64,000 nt of DNA, from assembly GCA_963753435.1 (NCBI GenBank), contig CAVWCF010000001.1, positions 1,184,001 to 1,248,000 of the forward strand, given 5' to 3'. Shown piece after piece: positions 9,094 to 19,823 of this stretch; position 1 is the stretch's first letter; every line of letters begins with the position of its first letter. Position numbers and translations under genes: made by a program. The notes under the pieces were generated by a model. It was not told where the DNA came from and made no database searches. It saw nothing but the letters and a program-made list of their open reading frames with translations. This DNA comes from an uncultured Actinomycetota bacterium. GTDB lineage: Bacteria; Actinomycetota; Actinomycetes; CAVWCF01.

Positions 9094-10430
9094 TCAGTCC
9101 GCCGTCGCGGCCGCGGCGGCACGAGCAGCCGCCGGCAGGGCGTCGGCGATGCGCGCGATGGCGTCGTCGTCGTGCGCGGCGGAGACGAACCAGGCCTCGT
9201 AGGCGCTCGGCGGCAGGGACACCCCGTCCGTCAGCATCGAGTGGAAGAAGGGCGCGTACCGGAACGTCTCGCTGCTGCGGGCCGCGTCGTAGTCCGACAC
9301 GGGCTCCTCGGCGAAGAACACGCTGAACAAGTTGCCCGCGGTTTGGAGTTGGTGCGCCACGCCCTCCGCGCGAGCGCCTTGGTCACCAGTTCGCCGACCT
9401 GCGCCGCGGCATCGTTCACGCGCGCATAGACGTCATCGGTGGCCAGCCGCAACGTGGTCAGCCCAGCCAGGGTGGCGATCGGGTTCCCGCTCAACGTGCC
9501 TGCCTGGTACACCGGACCGGCTGGCGCCAGGTGCCCCATCACGTCGGCGCGACCGCCGAACGCCGCGGCGGGCAGACCACCGCCCATCACCTTGCCGAAC
9601 GTCATCAGGTCCGGCGCCACACCCTCAAGGCCGAACCAACCCGCGCGGTGCACCCGGAAGCCGGTCATCACCTCATCAGAGATGAACAGCGCCCCGTGCG
9701 CCCGGCACAGCTCGGCCAGTCCGGCGGTGAAGCCGGGATGCGGTGGCACCACTCCCATGTTCGCCGCGGCCGCCTCGGTGATGACACACGCGATCTCGGC
9801 GCCGTGCAGTTCGAACGCCTTGGCCACCGCGGGCAGGTCGTTGTAGGGCAGCACGATCGTGTCCGCCGTCGTCGCCGCGGGGACGCCCGGGGAGTCCGGC
9901 AGCCCCAGGGTGGCGACCCCGGACCCGGCCGCGGCCAGCAGCGGGTCGGCGTGACCGTGGTAGCAACCGGCGAACTTCACGATCTTGCTGCGGCCGGTGA
10001 AACCGCGCGCCAACCGGATGGCCGACATGGTCGCCTCGGTCCCGGACGACACGAACCGGATCTGCTGGACCGGGTCGACGCGGGCGACGATCTCCTCAGC
10101 CAACTCCACCTCGGTCGCCGAGGGCGCACCGAACCCGAGGCCGCGCGGGACCGCCTGCTGCAGCGCTTCGGTCACGGCCGGGTGCCCATGCCCGAGCAAC
10201 ACCGGTCCCCACGAGCACACCAGGTCCACGTACTCGATGCCGTCGGCGTCCAGGACGTACGGGCCGTGGCCGGCGACGAAGAAGCGCGGGGTGCCGCCGA
10301 CGGCCCGGAAGGCTCGTACCGGCGAGTTCACGCCCCCGGGCGTCACCACTTGGGCGCGGTGGAACAGCGCCGCCGAAGTGGGGGTCTGGGAGTCGGGGGC
10401 CAGGCCGCCGGTCACATTTGGATGAGTCAT
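9094..10430 (-). CDS. hemL: Glutamate-1-semialdehyde 2,1-aminomutase (frameshift near 9370)
   Basis: [37 protein letters not shown]; the C-terminus ([14 protein letters not shown]) continues in ORF 9094..9360. Confidence 0.92.
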
Positions 10431-10548
10431 TGCCGCCAATTCTCGCACCCCCGCCCGTGCCGCCCGTTTCGGCAAGTGGAACGGGGTTTCGTTGATAGCG
10501 GCGGTGGTGGCACTCTCCTCCTCCCCAGCCGAAGGAGGTGAGCAGCGA

Positions 10549-11734
10549 ATGGCCGGTAGGCATCGAATCCGCAAGAACCACTTACGCGAGACCCCACCCA
10601 TGCGCCACCCTGTGGGTCGACACCGGGCTACTCAACTTCCCCAGGAGCCCCACGTGAACCGTTCCCCGTTGCTGCGCCTGCAGCCGCGCTGGGTTGCGGC
10701 ATCGGCGGCCGGCACGCTGCTCGTGGGTTCGCTGCTGGCCCCGGCGCTGGCGATTCAGCCGCCCGCCGAGGACCCGATCACCTTCGTCGCGCTTGCCGAT
10801 GTCGCCGACGCAAACGACCGCGCCGTCATGACCGGCCGCAACCTGAACCGAGCACCGGTCGAAGTGGAGGAGCCGCCCCCCGCGGCGGCGATCGCCGCAC
10901 CGGCAGCGCCCGCGGCCCCGCTGACCGTCGTCGCGGCGGACCTGACCCCATCGAAGCTGACGGCGTCCGGCATCCCGTCGGTGGCGCTTGAAGGCGTACA
11001 AGCGCGCGACCAAGCGCATCAACTCCGCCGACTCCCAATGCCACATGCGCTGGGAGTTGCTGGCCGCCATCGGGCGCATCGAGAGCAACCACGGTCGCAG
11101 CGGTGCGTCGGTGATGACGGTCACCGGTGAGGCGATGCCGCCGGTGCTGGGTCCGGTGCTGGACGGGGCCGGGCCGGTCGCGCTGATCCGTGACACCGAC
11201 GGCGGGACGATGGACGGCGACACCGAGTTCGACCGTGCGGTCGGTCCGATGCAGTTCATCCCCAGCACTTGGGTGAACATCGCGCGCGACGGTGACAAGG
11301 ACGGCAAGAAGAACCCGCACGACATCGACGACGCGGCACTGGCCTCGGCCGCGTACCTGTGCGCCGGCAAGGGTGATCTGCGTGACGCCGAGGACCTCGC
11401 CTACAACATCTACCGGTACAACCACTCCGACTCCTACGTCGAACTGGTGCTCAAGGTGATGGAGGCCTACGGCGCCAACCCGCCGCGCGTGGTCGCCGAT
11501 TCACCGGTGCCGCCGAGCCCGGCCCCGACGCCGACAGTGGCCGCCAAGTCACCGACACCGACGAGCACGCCGAAACCGAGCCCCAAGCCGAGCCCGAAGC
11601 CGTCCACATCGACGTCGCCGTCACCGGGCACCTCGCCCACCCCGACGCCGACCGCGAGCGGATCACCGACTCCAACCGACAGCGCGACGTCGCAGCCGGA
11701 TCCGACTCCCACCACTAGCGAGCCGCTGCCGTAA
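10549..11734 (+). CDS. Secreted lytic transglycosylase (SLT-type) with Pro/Thr/Ser-rich tail (frameshift near 10990)
   Basis: AAGGAGGTG RBS then MAGRHR; TM segment; [34 protein letters not shown]. Split across ORFs 10492..11130 and 10988..11734. Confidence 0.85.
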
Positions 11735-11748
11735 CGCAACCTCCCGAC

Positions 11749-11810
11749 CGAACCGCAACATCGCGCCGGAATCGCATCCGGCGCGGATGCAGATCAGGCC
11801 GCCTGTTGCA
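11749..11810. repeat. Dispersed palindromic repeat, family B copy 1
   Basis: CGAACCGCAACATCGCGCCGGAATCGCATCCGGCGCGGATGC...GTTGCA closely matches the reverse complement of 29847-29908. Confidence 0.7.
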
Positions 11811-11844
11811 GAACGGTCCGCAGGTTGCGAAACCCAGCCACCAA

Positions 11845-11893
11845 CTTGAATGCGCCACTCAGGCGACCTAGTCGTGTGAGTGCGGCAGTCAGG
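11845..11893. repeat. Dispersed palindromic repeat, family A copy 1
   Basis: CTTGAATGCGCCACTCAGGCGACCTAGTCGTGTGAGTGCGGCAGTCAGG resembles 38834-38882 and 23039-23086. Confidence 0.7.
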
Positions 11894-12857
11894 CCAAACG
11901 GGGGGCCAGCGAAGTGGCCGCGTAGGTGAGGATGAAGGACGCCCCGGCGCGCTTGATGCCGGTCAACGCCTCCAGGTGCGCCCGCTCCCGGTCCAGCCAC
12001 CCGTTGGCGGCAGCCGCCTCGATGGCCGCGTACTCGCCACTGACCTGATACGCCGCCACCGGCACGTCGACCATCTCAGCCACCCGCGTCAGCACATCCA
12101 GATACGGCCCGGCCGGTTTGACCATGACCATGTCCGCGCCCTCGGCCAGGTCCAACGCGACCTCGCGAAGTGCCTCATCGGCGTTGGCCGGATCCATTTG
12201 GTACCCGCGCCGGTCACCGACTGCCGGCGTCGACTCGGCCGCGTCCCGGAACGGCCCGTAGTACGCCGACGCGTACTTGGCCGCGTACGACAAGACCGCC
12301 ACGTCGGCGAAACCGGCTGAGTCCAGCGCCGCCCGGATGGCGGCCACCTGACCGTCCTGCATGCCCGACGGCGCGACGACGTGGGCGCCGGCCTCCGCCT
12401 GGGCCACGGCGACCTGCGCGTAGCGGGCCACGGCCGCGTCGTTGTCCACCGAACCATCGGCCAGTAGCGGCCCGCAGTGCCCGTGCGCGGTGTACTCGCA
12501 CAGGCACACGTCGCCGATCAGTACCGCCGCGTCACCGACCTCGGCTACCAGGTCGCGCAGTGCCGCCTGGGTGATCCCGTCGGGATCGGATGCGGCCGAA
12601 CCGACGTCGTCCTTGTCGGCGGGCACCCCGAACAGGATCAGCCCGCCGACTCCGGCCTCGACCGCGGACGCGGCCGCCTTGCGCAGGGAGTCCCGGGTGT
12701 GCTGGAACACCCCGGGCATCGAGGCGACCTCGACCGGCTCGGTCAGCCCCTCCTTGACGAACAGCGGCAGCACCAGGTCCGCCGGCTGCAGCGTCGTTTC
12801 GGCCACAAGCCGACGCAGCGCCGCGGTGCGACGCAGACGACGTGGCCGCTCGATCAC
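11889..12857 (-). CDS. hemB: Porphobilinogen synthase
   Basis: RPRRLRR, DVCLCEYTAHGHCG zinc site, YQMDPAN, MVMVKPA, YQVSGEY. Confidence 0.97.
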   Translation of the reverse strand: MIERPRRLRRTAALRRLVAETTLQPADLVLPLFVKEGLTEPVEVASMPGVFQHTRDSLRKAAASAVEAGVGGLILFGVPADKDDVGSAASDPDGITQAALRDLVAEVGDAAVLIGDVCLCEYTAHGHCGPLLADGSVDNDAAVARYAQVAVAQAEAGAHVVAPSGMQDGQVAAIRAALDSAGFADVAVLSYAAKYASAYYGPFRDAAESTPAVGDRRGYQMDPANADEALREVALDLAEGADMVMVKPAGPYLDVLTRVAEMVDVPVAAYQVSGEYAAIEAAAANGWLDRERAHLEALTGIKRAGASFILTYAATSLAPRLA

Positions 12858-14473
12858 TTGGCCTTGGCCTTCTTCGAACGTGCCGCCGGTCGGGCCTTGC
12901 GCTTGCTGGGACGCCAGTCGTCGGTGCCGGTCTCGGCGGCCTCATCGCGCAGCCCCGCGCCGTGGGCGGCCAGGGCCTCGACCAGCGCGGCCATGTTCGG
13001 CTCCGGGCTGAGCACGTCCACGCGCAACCCGTGCTCCTCCGCGGTCTTGGCCGTCTGCGGGCCAATGCACGCGATGACGGTGGAGGTGTGCGGCTTGCCC
13101 GCGATGCCGACCAGGTTGCGCACTGTCGAGGACGACGTGAACACGACCGCGTCGAAGCCACCGGTCTTGATCGCGTCGCGCACCGGAGCGGCCGGCGGCG
13201 CGGCCCGCACGGTGCGGTAGGCGGTGATGTCGTCGACCTCCCAGCCCAGTTCCACCAGGCCGGCGGACAGCGTCTCGGTGGCGATGTCCGCGCGCGGCAG
13301 GAACACCCGGTTGATCGGGTCGAGCACGTCGTCGAACTCCGGCCAGTCCTCCAACAGACCGGCCGTGGACTGCTCACCGGACGGCACCAGGTCCGGCTTG
13401 ACGCCGAACGCCACCAGCGCGGCCGCCGTCTGCTCGCCCACAGCGGCCACCTTCAGACCGGCGAAGGCACGGGCGTCGAGGCCGTACTCCTCGAACTTCT
13501 CCCTGATCGCGCGCACCGCGTTGGCCGAGGTGAACGCCACCCACAAGTACCGGCCGGAGACCAGGCCCTGCACCGCGCGGTCCACCTGCTGCGGGTTGCG
13601 CGGCGGCTCGACGGAGATCGTCGGGACCTCCTCCGGCACTGCCCCGTAGCGGCGCAGCTGCTCGCTCAACGCACCCGCCTGGTCCTTGGTGCGCGGCACC
13701 AGGACCCGCCAGCCGAACAGCGGCTTGGTCTCGAACCAACTCAACGCGTCGCGCAGGCCGACCACCGTGCCGATCACGGCCACCAGCGGGGCCTCCAACT
13801 TCTCCTTGGACAGTTCCCCGGCGACGTCCTGCAGCGTCGACACGATCGTGCGCTGCGACGTCGTCGTCCCCGAGGACGTGACTGCCACCGGGGTGTCGCC
13901 CGGGCGACCGGCGTCCATCAAGCCGTCAGCCGCTTCGATGACGCGCTTGCCGTCACCGGGGACGACCACGGTCACCAACTCGTCCACGTGCATGTGCCAG
14001 TCGGGCTTCTTCGCGTGCGGGCTGACGATGTTGAAGCCCGTCGAAGACGCGGAGTTGACCGGGATGCCGGCGTAGGCGGGGATCGACGTCGCGCCCGGAA
14101 CTCCCGGCACGATCTCGAACGGCACGCCGGCCTTGGCGCAAGCCTTGGCCTCCTCGGCGAACCCGACCGTGCCGGCCGCGTCGCCGTCCATCAGCCGGAC
14201 CACGTGCGCGCCGGCCTTGGCGTGCTTGACCAGCAACCGGGCCCGCTGGGCGTAGGTGAGGTCGTGCCCCTTGTCGTCACGGAGGCCGTCGACGATCTCG
14301 ACCTCGGCGCGGCAGTGCTGCAGGTGAATGGGGCTGGCCACGCGATCCAGCACAACCACGTCGGCACCGGACAACAGGGTCATGCCGCGGACGGTGATGA
14401 GCCCGGGATCACCGGGGCCGGCACCGACGAAACGGACGGAACCCATGACGGTCTTCTTGCGCGTACTGCTCAC
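12854..14473 (-). CDS. hemD: Bifunctional uroporphyrinogen-III C-methyltransferase / uroporphyrinogen-III synthase
   Basis: N-terminal GAGPGDPGLIT, then WFETKPLFGWRVLVPRT, FTSANAV and FTSSSTVRNL. Confidence 0.93.
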   Translation of the reverse strand: MSSTRKKTVMGSVRFVGAGPGDPGLITVRGMTLLSGADVVVLDRVASPIHLQHCRAEVEIVDGLRDDKGHDLTYAQRARLLVKHAKAGAHVVRLMDGDAAGTVGFAEEAKACAKAGVPFEIVPGVPGATSIPAYAGIPVNSASSTGFNIVSPHAKKPDWHMHVDELVTVVVPGDGKRVIEAADGLMDAGRPGDTPVAVTSSGTTTSQRTIVSTLQDVAGELSKEKLEAPLVAVIGTVVGLRDALSWFETKPLFGWRVLVPRTKDQAGALSEQLRRYGAVPEEVPTISVEPPRNPQQVDRAVQGLVSGRYLWVAFTSANAVRAIREKFEEYGLDARAFAGLKVAAVGEQTAAALVAFGVKPDLVPSGEQSTAGLLEDWPEFDDVLDPINRVFLPRADIATETLSAGLVELGWEVDDITAYRTVRAAPPAAPVRDAIKTGGFDAVVFTSSSTVRNLVGIAGKPHTSTVIACIGPQTAKTAEEHGLRVDVLSPEPNMAALVEALAAHGAGLRDEAAETGTDDWRPSKRKARPAARSKKAKAK

Positions 14474-15393
14474 TGCGGTGTCTCTTCCATGAGGGTGCGT
14501 GCCCCGTCCGCAAGCAACCGATCGGCCAGCCGACGACCCAGACCTTCGGGGTCATCGACTGAACCGGTGTCGGTTCCACGCACGGACGAGTTCCCGTCAC
14601 CGGATGCGGCGACGGCGGTCAAGGTGAGCCGGGCATCGACGTTGGCCAGCGCGCCGACCGGTGCGGTGCACCCGGCCTCCAACGCGGCCAGCAACGAACG
14701 CTCGGCCAGTACTGCGGCTCTTGCGGCAAGAACGTCCAACGACGCAAGCGCGGTGAACGTGTCCGCGTCATCGGCACGGCACTCCAGCGCCAACGCCCCC
14801 TGGCCGGGGGCGGGCAGCATGACGTGCGGCTCGAGCACCTCGGTGGCTTCGGCGGCGCGACCCAGGCGACGCAGTCCGGCGAACGCGACCACAACCGCGT
14901 CCAGGTCGCCGTCGCGGACGCGCTGCAGCCGGGTGTCGACGTTGCCGCGAAGCCCAACGATGTTCCAGTCGGTGCCGGTGGCCGCGGCGACCATGTGCAG
15001 TTGGGCCGCACGGCGCGGCGAGCCGGTGCCGATGACCGAACCGCCCGGCAGCGTGGTCAGCGTGTGTTCGTCGCGCGCCACGAGCGCGTCGCGGGGGTCC
15101 TCCCGCTGCGGCACCGCGGCCAGGGCGATGCCTTCGGCAGGAGCCGTGGGCAGGTCCTTGAGCGAGTGCACCGCCGCGTCGACCTGACCATCCAGGACCG
15201 CGCTGCGCAGCGCCGTGACGAACACCCCGGTGCCGCCGATCTCAGCCAACGGTTCGGTGGTCTCATCGCCGCGGGAGGAGATGGGGACCAGTTCGACGGC
15301 TCGGCCGGTGCGCTGCGTCAGCGCCTCCGCCATTGCGGTCGCCTGCGCCATCGCCAGCGCCGATCGGCGCGTACCCAACCGCAGCGCGCTCAT
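14470..15393 (-). CDS. hemC: Hydroxymethylbilane synthase
   Basis: GTRRSALA, VHSLKDLPT, GSPRRAAQ, PAPGQGAL, EAGCTAPVG. Confidence 0.97.
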   Translation of the reverse strand: MSALRLGTRRSALAMAQATAMAEALTQRTGRAVELVPISSRGDETTEPLAEIGGTGVFVTALRSAVLDGQVDAAVHSLKDLPTAPAEGIALAAVPQREDPRDALVARDEHTLTTLPGGSVIGTGSPRRAAQLHMVAAATGTDWNIVGLRGNVDTRLQRVRDGDLDAVVVAFAGLRRLGRAAEATEVLEPHVMLPAPGQGALALECRADDADTFTALASLDVLAARAAVLAERSLLAALEAGCTAPVGALANVDARLTLTAVAASGDGNSSVRGTDTGSVDDPEGLGRRLADRLLADGARTLMEETPQ

Positions 15394-16760
15394 GGCTTGG
15401 GCTCCGCATCGGCGTCCAGTCCGGCGTCCGCCACCTCGGGCTCCAGCAATGCCGACCCCTCGCGTTCCACGAGTGCGGCTTCGCTGATGACATCCACTAC
15501 CTGTGGGTCCAGGTCGAACAGCCGGTGCAGCGCCTCGGCGTACGAACCAACTGGTGGCTGCTCGGCCAACTCCTTGACCCGCACGGTCGGCGTGTGCAGC
15601 AACTTCTCGACCACCCGGCGGACCGTTTGCTCCAACTCCGCGCGCTGCATGACGTCGAGGTCGGGCAACCGCCGTTGCAGTCGCTGCAGTTCGGCCGCCA
15701 CGACGGCGTCGGCGCGATCGCGCAGAGCCACGACAACCGGCGCGACCGCGTCGGCGCGCAACGCGGCCACGTGCGCGGCGATCTCGTCGGCGACGATGCG
15801 CCGAGCGGACTCGATCGCGGCAAGGATCGCGTCATCGGTCATCAAGTCGCCGAGGTCCTCCATGTCGACCAGCGACACGTTCGGCAGCGCCAACACGGCC
15901 GGGTCGATGTCGCGCGGCAACGCCAGGTCCAGCAGAACCAGTGGCTGTTCGCCGCGTGCGGCACGGGCGGTGGCCACGGCCTCGGCGGTGACCACGAAGC
16001 CGGTGGCTCCGGTGCACGACACCACCAGGTCGGCGTCGGCGAGCACGCTGGACAGTTCGTCCATCGGGTACGCCGCAGCGTCGACCTGCGCGGCCAGCCG
16101 CTCGGCCCGGTGCGGGGTCCGGTTGACGATGCTGATGCGGCCGACACCGGCGCGCTGCAACTGGCTCGATGCCAACGCGGCCATGGAGCCCGCCCCGACC
16201 ACGACAGCGGTCCGGCCGGTGAGACCGCCCAGCGAACTGGCGGCGGTCGCCAGCGCCACCGACACGACCGAGACCCCGGCCTTGTCGATGCCGGTTTCGG
16301 CGTGGGCCCGCTTGCCCGCGCGCAGCGCCCGCTGCAGCGCTTCGTTGAGCACCCGGCCTACCGACTGCGACTCCTGGGCCTGCGTCAGCGCGTTGCGGAC
16401 CTGGCCGAGGATCTGGGACTCACCGACGATCATCGAGTCCAGCCCGGCGGCGACCTCGAAGATGTGCTGCACCGCGCGGTCTTCGAAGTGCACGTACAGG
16501 TGCGGGTGCAAGGCGTCGGCGGTCACCGAGGTGTGCCGGGCCAGCAGCTCGGTCAGTTCGGCCACGCCGCCGTGGAAACGGGTGACGTCGGCGTAGACCT
16601 CCACCCGGTTGCAGGTGGACAGAACGGCCGCTTCGGCAACAGATGGGCTGCCGCGCAGGTCGGTCAGCAACTTGGCGCGGGCGGCCTCGTCCAGGACGGC
16701 GCGTTCCAGCAGCGGCAACGAGGCGGTCCGGTGGTTGAGGCCGACAACCAGAAGGCTCAT
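15390..16760 (-). CDS. hemA: Glutamyl-tRNA reductase
   Basis: VGLNHRTA, STCNRVE, GLDSMIVGESQILGQ, DLALPRDI; start ATG 16760 overlaps the rex stop. Confidence 0.96.
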   Translation of the reverse strand: MSLLVVGLNHRTASLPLLERAVLDEAARAKLLTDLRGSPSVAEAAVLSTCNRVEVYADVTRFHGGVAELTELLARHTSVTADALHPHLYVHFEDRAVQHIFEVAAGLDSMIVGESQILGQVRNALTQAQESQSVGRVLNEALQRALRAGKRAHAETGIDKAGVSVVSVALATAASSLGGLTGRTAVVVGAGSMAALASSQLQRAGVGRISIVNRTPHRAERLAAQVDAAAYPMDELSSVLADADLVVSCTGATGFVVTAEAVATARAARGEQPLVLLDLALPRDIDPAVLALPNVSLVDMEDLGDLMTDDAILAAIESARRIVADEIAAHVAALRADAVAPVVVALRDRADAVVAAELQRLQRRLPDLDVMQRAELEQTVRRVVEKLLHTPTVRVKELAEQPPVGSYAEALHRLFDLDPQVVDVISEAALVEREGSALLEPEVADAGLDADAEPKP

Positions 16761-17455
16761 GCGCTGGCCTCCGTCATGTCGGCCCGCCCAGTGCGGCGCT
16801 GCTCGTGGAAGGCCAGGATCTGCAGTTCGGTGGCGAGGTCGACCGTGCGCACCTCGACGTCGTCCGGCACCGATAGCGGGGCCGCGGCGAAGGACAGGAT
16901 GTTGCGAACGCCGGCGGCCACCAACCGGTCCGCGACCGATTGCGCGGCCTGGGCTGGGGTGGCGATGACGGCGATCGCCGGGCGGGTGCGTTCGATCATC
17001 GCTTCGAGTTCGGCCATCGGCTGCACCTCGAGGTCCCCGACGAGTTCGCCGACCGTGGCCGGATCGGCGTCCACCAGCCCCACCACGGAGAACCCGCGCG
17101 AGGCGAAACCGCCGTACTTGGCCAGGGCGTGGCCAAGGTTGCCGGCGCCGACGATGACGACTGGCCAATCCTGAGCGAGCCCGAGCGCGCGGGCGATTTG
17201 GTAGATGAGGTACTCGACGTCGTAGCCGACCCCGCGGGTGCCGTAGGAGCCGAGGTAGGAGAGGTCCTTGCGCAGCATGGCCGAACTCACGCCGCTGGCC
17301 TGCGCGAGCGCCTCGGAGGAGACGGTGGCCAACCCCGATGCCGCCATAGCGGACAACACGCTGTGATATCCGGGGAGGCGGGCCACGGTGGTCTCTGGGA
17401 GCACGTCTCGGCGACGGCGCGGCTCACGCAGTCGCGGCGTGTGCTCCGGGCTCAC
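16757..17455 (-). CDS. rex: Redox-sensing transcriptional repressor Rex
   Basis: TVARLPGY, LRKDLSYLGSYGTRGVGY, VGAGNLGHAL; AGGAGG RBS before GTG 17455. Confidence 0.95.
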   Translation of the reverse strand: MSPEHTPRLREPRRRRDVLPETTVARLPGYHSVLSAMAASGLATVSSEALAQASGVSSAMLRKDLSYLGSYGTRGVGYDVEYLIYQIARALGLAQDWPVVIVGAGNLGHALAKYGGFASRGFSVVGLVDADPATVGELVGDLEVQPMAELEAMIERTRPAIAVIATPAQAAQSVADRLVAAGVRNILSFAAAPLSVPDDVEVRTVDLATELQILAFHEQRRTGRADMTEASA

Positions 17456-17489
17456 CGGACCTCCTGGCAGGGGGATGGGTGCGGCCGTG

Positions 17490-17518
17490 AGGCTACGTCC
17501 TTGTGAACGTGTGAACAA
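17490..17518 (-). promoter_or_regulatory. Rex operator with adjacent -10 element upstream of rex-hemACDB
   Basis: Minus strand 17501-17518 reads TTGTTCACACGTTCACAA, close to the TTGTGAA-N4-TTCACAA consensus; TAGCCT lies at 17490-17495. Confidence 0.75.
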
Positions 17519-17592
17519 AATCCGCGATCTGCGACCGTCTCGGATGTTGGAACGTGGTGTCCCGCTCTACGGAATCACCGTCTGGACCGGTG

Positions 17593-18018
17593 TTAGCGGA
17601 TCGCGCGCTTGAGCAGCGTGCGAATCTGCTTCTCCACGGCCTCGGTCATTTCGATCAGCGCGTAGGCGGTCGGCCACATCCCGGCCTTGTCGAGGTTGGC
17701 CTGACCGCTGAAGCCGAGGGTGCAGTAGCGCTCCTCGAACTTGGCCGCGCCCTGAAAGAAGCAGAGCACCTTGCCGTCCTTGGCGTACGCGGGCATGCCG
17801 TACCAAAGGCGGGGCGTGAGGTCCGGTGCGACTTCGCGGACAAGTTCGTGAACACGCTGGGCCAGGACCCGGTCGGCCTCGGGCATCTCGGCGATCTTGG
17901 CGAGCACTTCCGGCTCCAGGTCGGCCTTGGCGCCGCGCTTCTTGGTGGTCTTGAGTTCGGCCGCCCGCTCCTTCATCGCCGCGCGCTCGGCGGCGGAGAA
18001 GCCCGACTTCTCAGCCAT
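17593..18018 (-). CDS. DUF1801/YdhG-like (iron-chaperone-like) protein
   Basis: [46 protein letters not shown]. Confidence 0.8.
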   Translation of the reverse strand: MAEKSGFSAAERAAMKERAAELKTTKKRGAKADLEPEVLAKIAEMPEADRVLAQRVHELVREVAPDLTPRLWYGMPAYAKDGKVLCFFQGAAKFEERYCTLGFSGQANLDKAGMWPTAYALIEMTEAVEKQIRTLLKRAIR

Positions 18019-18253
18019 TCAGGGCCGCCCGCAAGCGGTCCGCTTCGATGCGCCAGTAGCCGCGCTGTTCGCCGTCAACAAGCACTACAGGTAGTTCATC
18101 GCCCCAGCGGATGAACAACTTCGGGTCTTCGGTGACGTCTACTTCGACCCACTGCTCGCCGGTCTCGGCCGCGACCGCCGCCACGACGTTGCGGGCGTCC
18201 TCGCACAGATGGCAACCGGGCTTGGTGAGCAACTGGATGCGGGGCTGCGTCAC
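18011..18253 (-). CDS. Glutaredoxin-like protein (DUF836)
   Basis: [10 protein letters not shown] and ELPVVLVDG; appears fused to the AMP ligase in the ORF track only because of the upstream frameshift. Confidence 0.85.
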   Translation of the reverse strand: MTQPRIQLLTKPGCHLCEDARNVVAAVAAETGEQWVEVDVTEDPKLFIRWGDELPVVLVDGEQRGYWRIEADRLRAALNG

Positions 18254-18255
18254 CG

Positions 18256-19789
18256 CTACGCCTGCTCCCGCAGCACCCGCTTGGAGACCTTGCCCGTCGG
18301 TGAGTGCGGCAGCCGCTCGACGACCACGATCTCCTTCGGCTGCTTGAAGCGGGCCAGCCACTCCTCGCAGTGCGCTTGCACGGACGCCACCGACAACTGC
18401 CGTGCCCGGCATGGCCACGACGAACGCCTTGACGGCCTCACCGGTTTCCTCGTCGGGGATGCCCAGGGCGGCCGCCTCGGCGACCTGCGGGTGCGCGGCC
18501 AGCACCGACTCGATCTCGCGCGGGTAGACGTTGAAGCCGTTGACGATGATGAGCTCGCGGGTGCGGTCGACGAGCACGAAGTCCCCGTCGACGTCGCGAT
18601 AGCCGACATCGCCGGTCGCCAACCAGCCGTCGTCGTCCGGCCCGCCGGAGCCGTCCGGCCAGTAGCCGCTGAACAGGTTGTCGCCGCGGATCGACAGTTC
18701 CCCCGGCCCCTCCTCCGGGTCACCGTCGCCGTTTGGTTCGAACTCGAAACCGCCGACGTCCACGAGCCGGACCTCGACCCCGGGCAGCGGGCGGCCGATC
18801 GAGCCGGGCTTCGGTGCACCGCCGACGAACGTGAGCGTGACCCCGGGTGCCGCTTCGGTCAGCCCGTAGCCCTCAAACACGGGCACTGCGGCGGCTTCGG
18901 AGAACGCCGTGGCCAACTCCGCGCTGAGCGGCGCCGCGCCGGACAGCACGTGCCGGACACCGCTGAACCCGGCACGCAGGCTGTCCGCCGGCACCTGCAG
19001 GAACGCCTGCAGCATCGACGGGACCACCGGGATGTGGGTGACCGACCGTTGCTGGATCGTCTGCAGGATTGCGGCCGGGTCGAACCGGTCGACAAGAACG
19101 ACCGTCGCGGCCTGTCGGGCGACTTGGGCCACCGACCCGTTCAGGCCGTAGACGTGGAAGAGCGGCAGCACCAGCAGCACCACGTCATCCGGAGTGATCG
19201 GCAAGTCCGGTAGCGACGCGACCTGTTCGACATTGGCCATCAGCGCGCGGTGGGTGAGCATCGCGCCCTTGGGCAGCCCGCTGGTGCCGGACGTGTACAG
19301 CAGCAGGGCCAGGGACTCCGGGTCCACCTCGGGGAACTGGTCGGAGTCACCGCGGCCGCCGGCCACGAGCGCGTCGAAGGACATGACCCGGATGCGCGAC
19401 AGGTCGGAAACGGCCTGGTTGACGAGCCCGGCCTGCGCCTCACCACGAACGACGAGCCGGACCCCGGCATCGGCCAGGACGGCAGCAAGCTCGTGACTGG
19501 TCAGGGTGGGGTTCAACGGGACGGCGACCAGGCCGGCCCGGGCGATGGCCGCGTACAAGGCGACGAACTCGACGCTGGAGCCCATGACGAGGGCGACCCG
19601 GTCCCCGTGCTCCTTGGCACCACCGGAGGTCAGCCCCAGGGCGTTGAGCGAGTGGGCCGCAGCCGAGACCAGTGCGTCCAGAGAGGCCCAGGTCTCGGTG
19701 CGGTTGCCCGAGATGACGGCCGGGTGGTCTGGCCGGGCCTGGGCGGCATGCGAAACCAGTTCGGCGACGGTGCTGGCTCGCTGCGACAT
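18256..19789 (-). CDS. Long-chain acyl-CoA synthetase / AMP-binding enzyme (frameshift near 18400)
   Basis: YTSGTSGLPKG, EGYGLTEA, TGDVG, GFNVYPREIE; the C-terminus LARFKQPKEI...TGKV is in ORF 18256..18819. Confidence 0.88.
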
Positions 19790-19823
19790 GTGCGAATTCT
19801 CCCACGCTCGCTAGCCTTCGGGC

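Noticed and set aside
10431-10653. Possible c-di-AMP (ydaO) riboswitch before the transglycosylase, prompted by GAATCC and the nearby disA
   Set aside because: The other conserved elements of the riboswitch are not evident, and the segment reads as coding after a strong RBS.
11500-11730. Repetitive CCGA-rich tract
   Set aside because: Encodes the Pro/Thr/Ser linker; no repeat-spacer periodicity, so not CRISPR.
18011-19789. Apparent acyl-CoA ligase-glutaredoxin fusion
   Set aside because: Caused by a frameshift near 18400; the normal ligase C-terminus exists in another frame.
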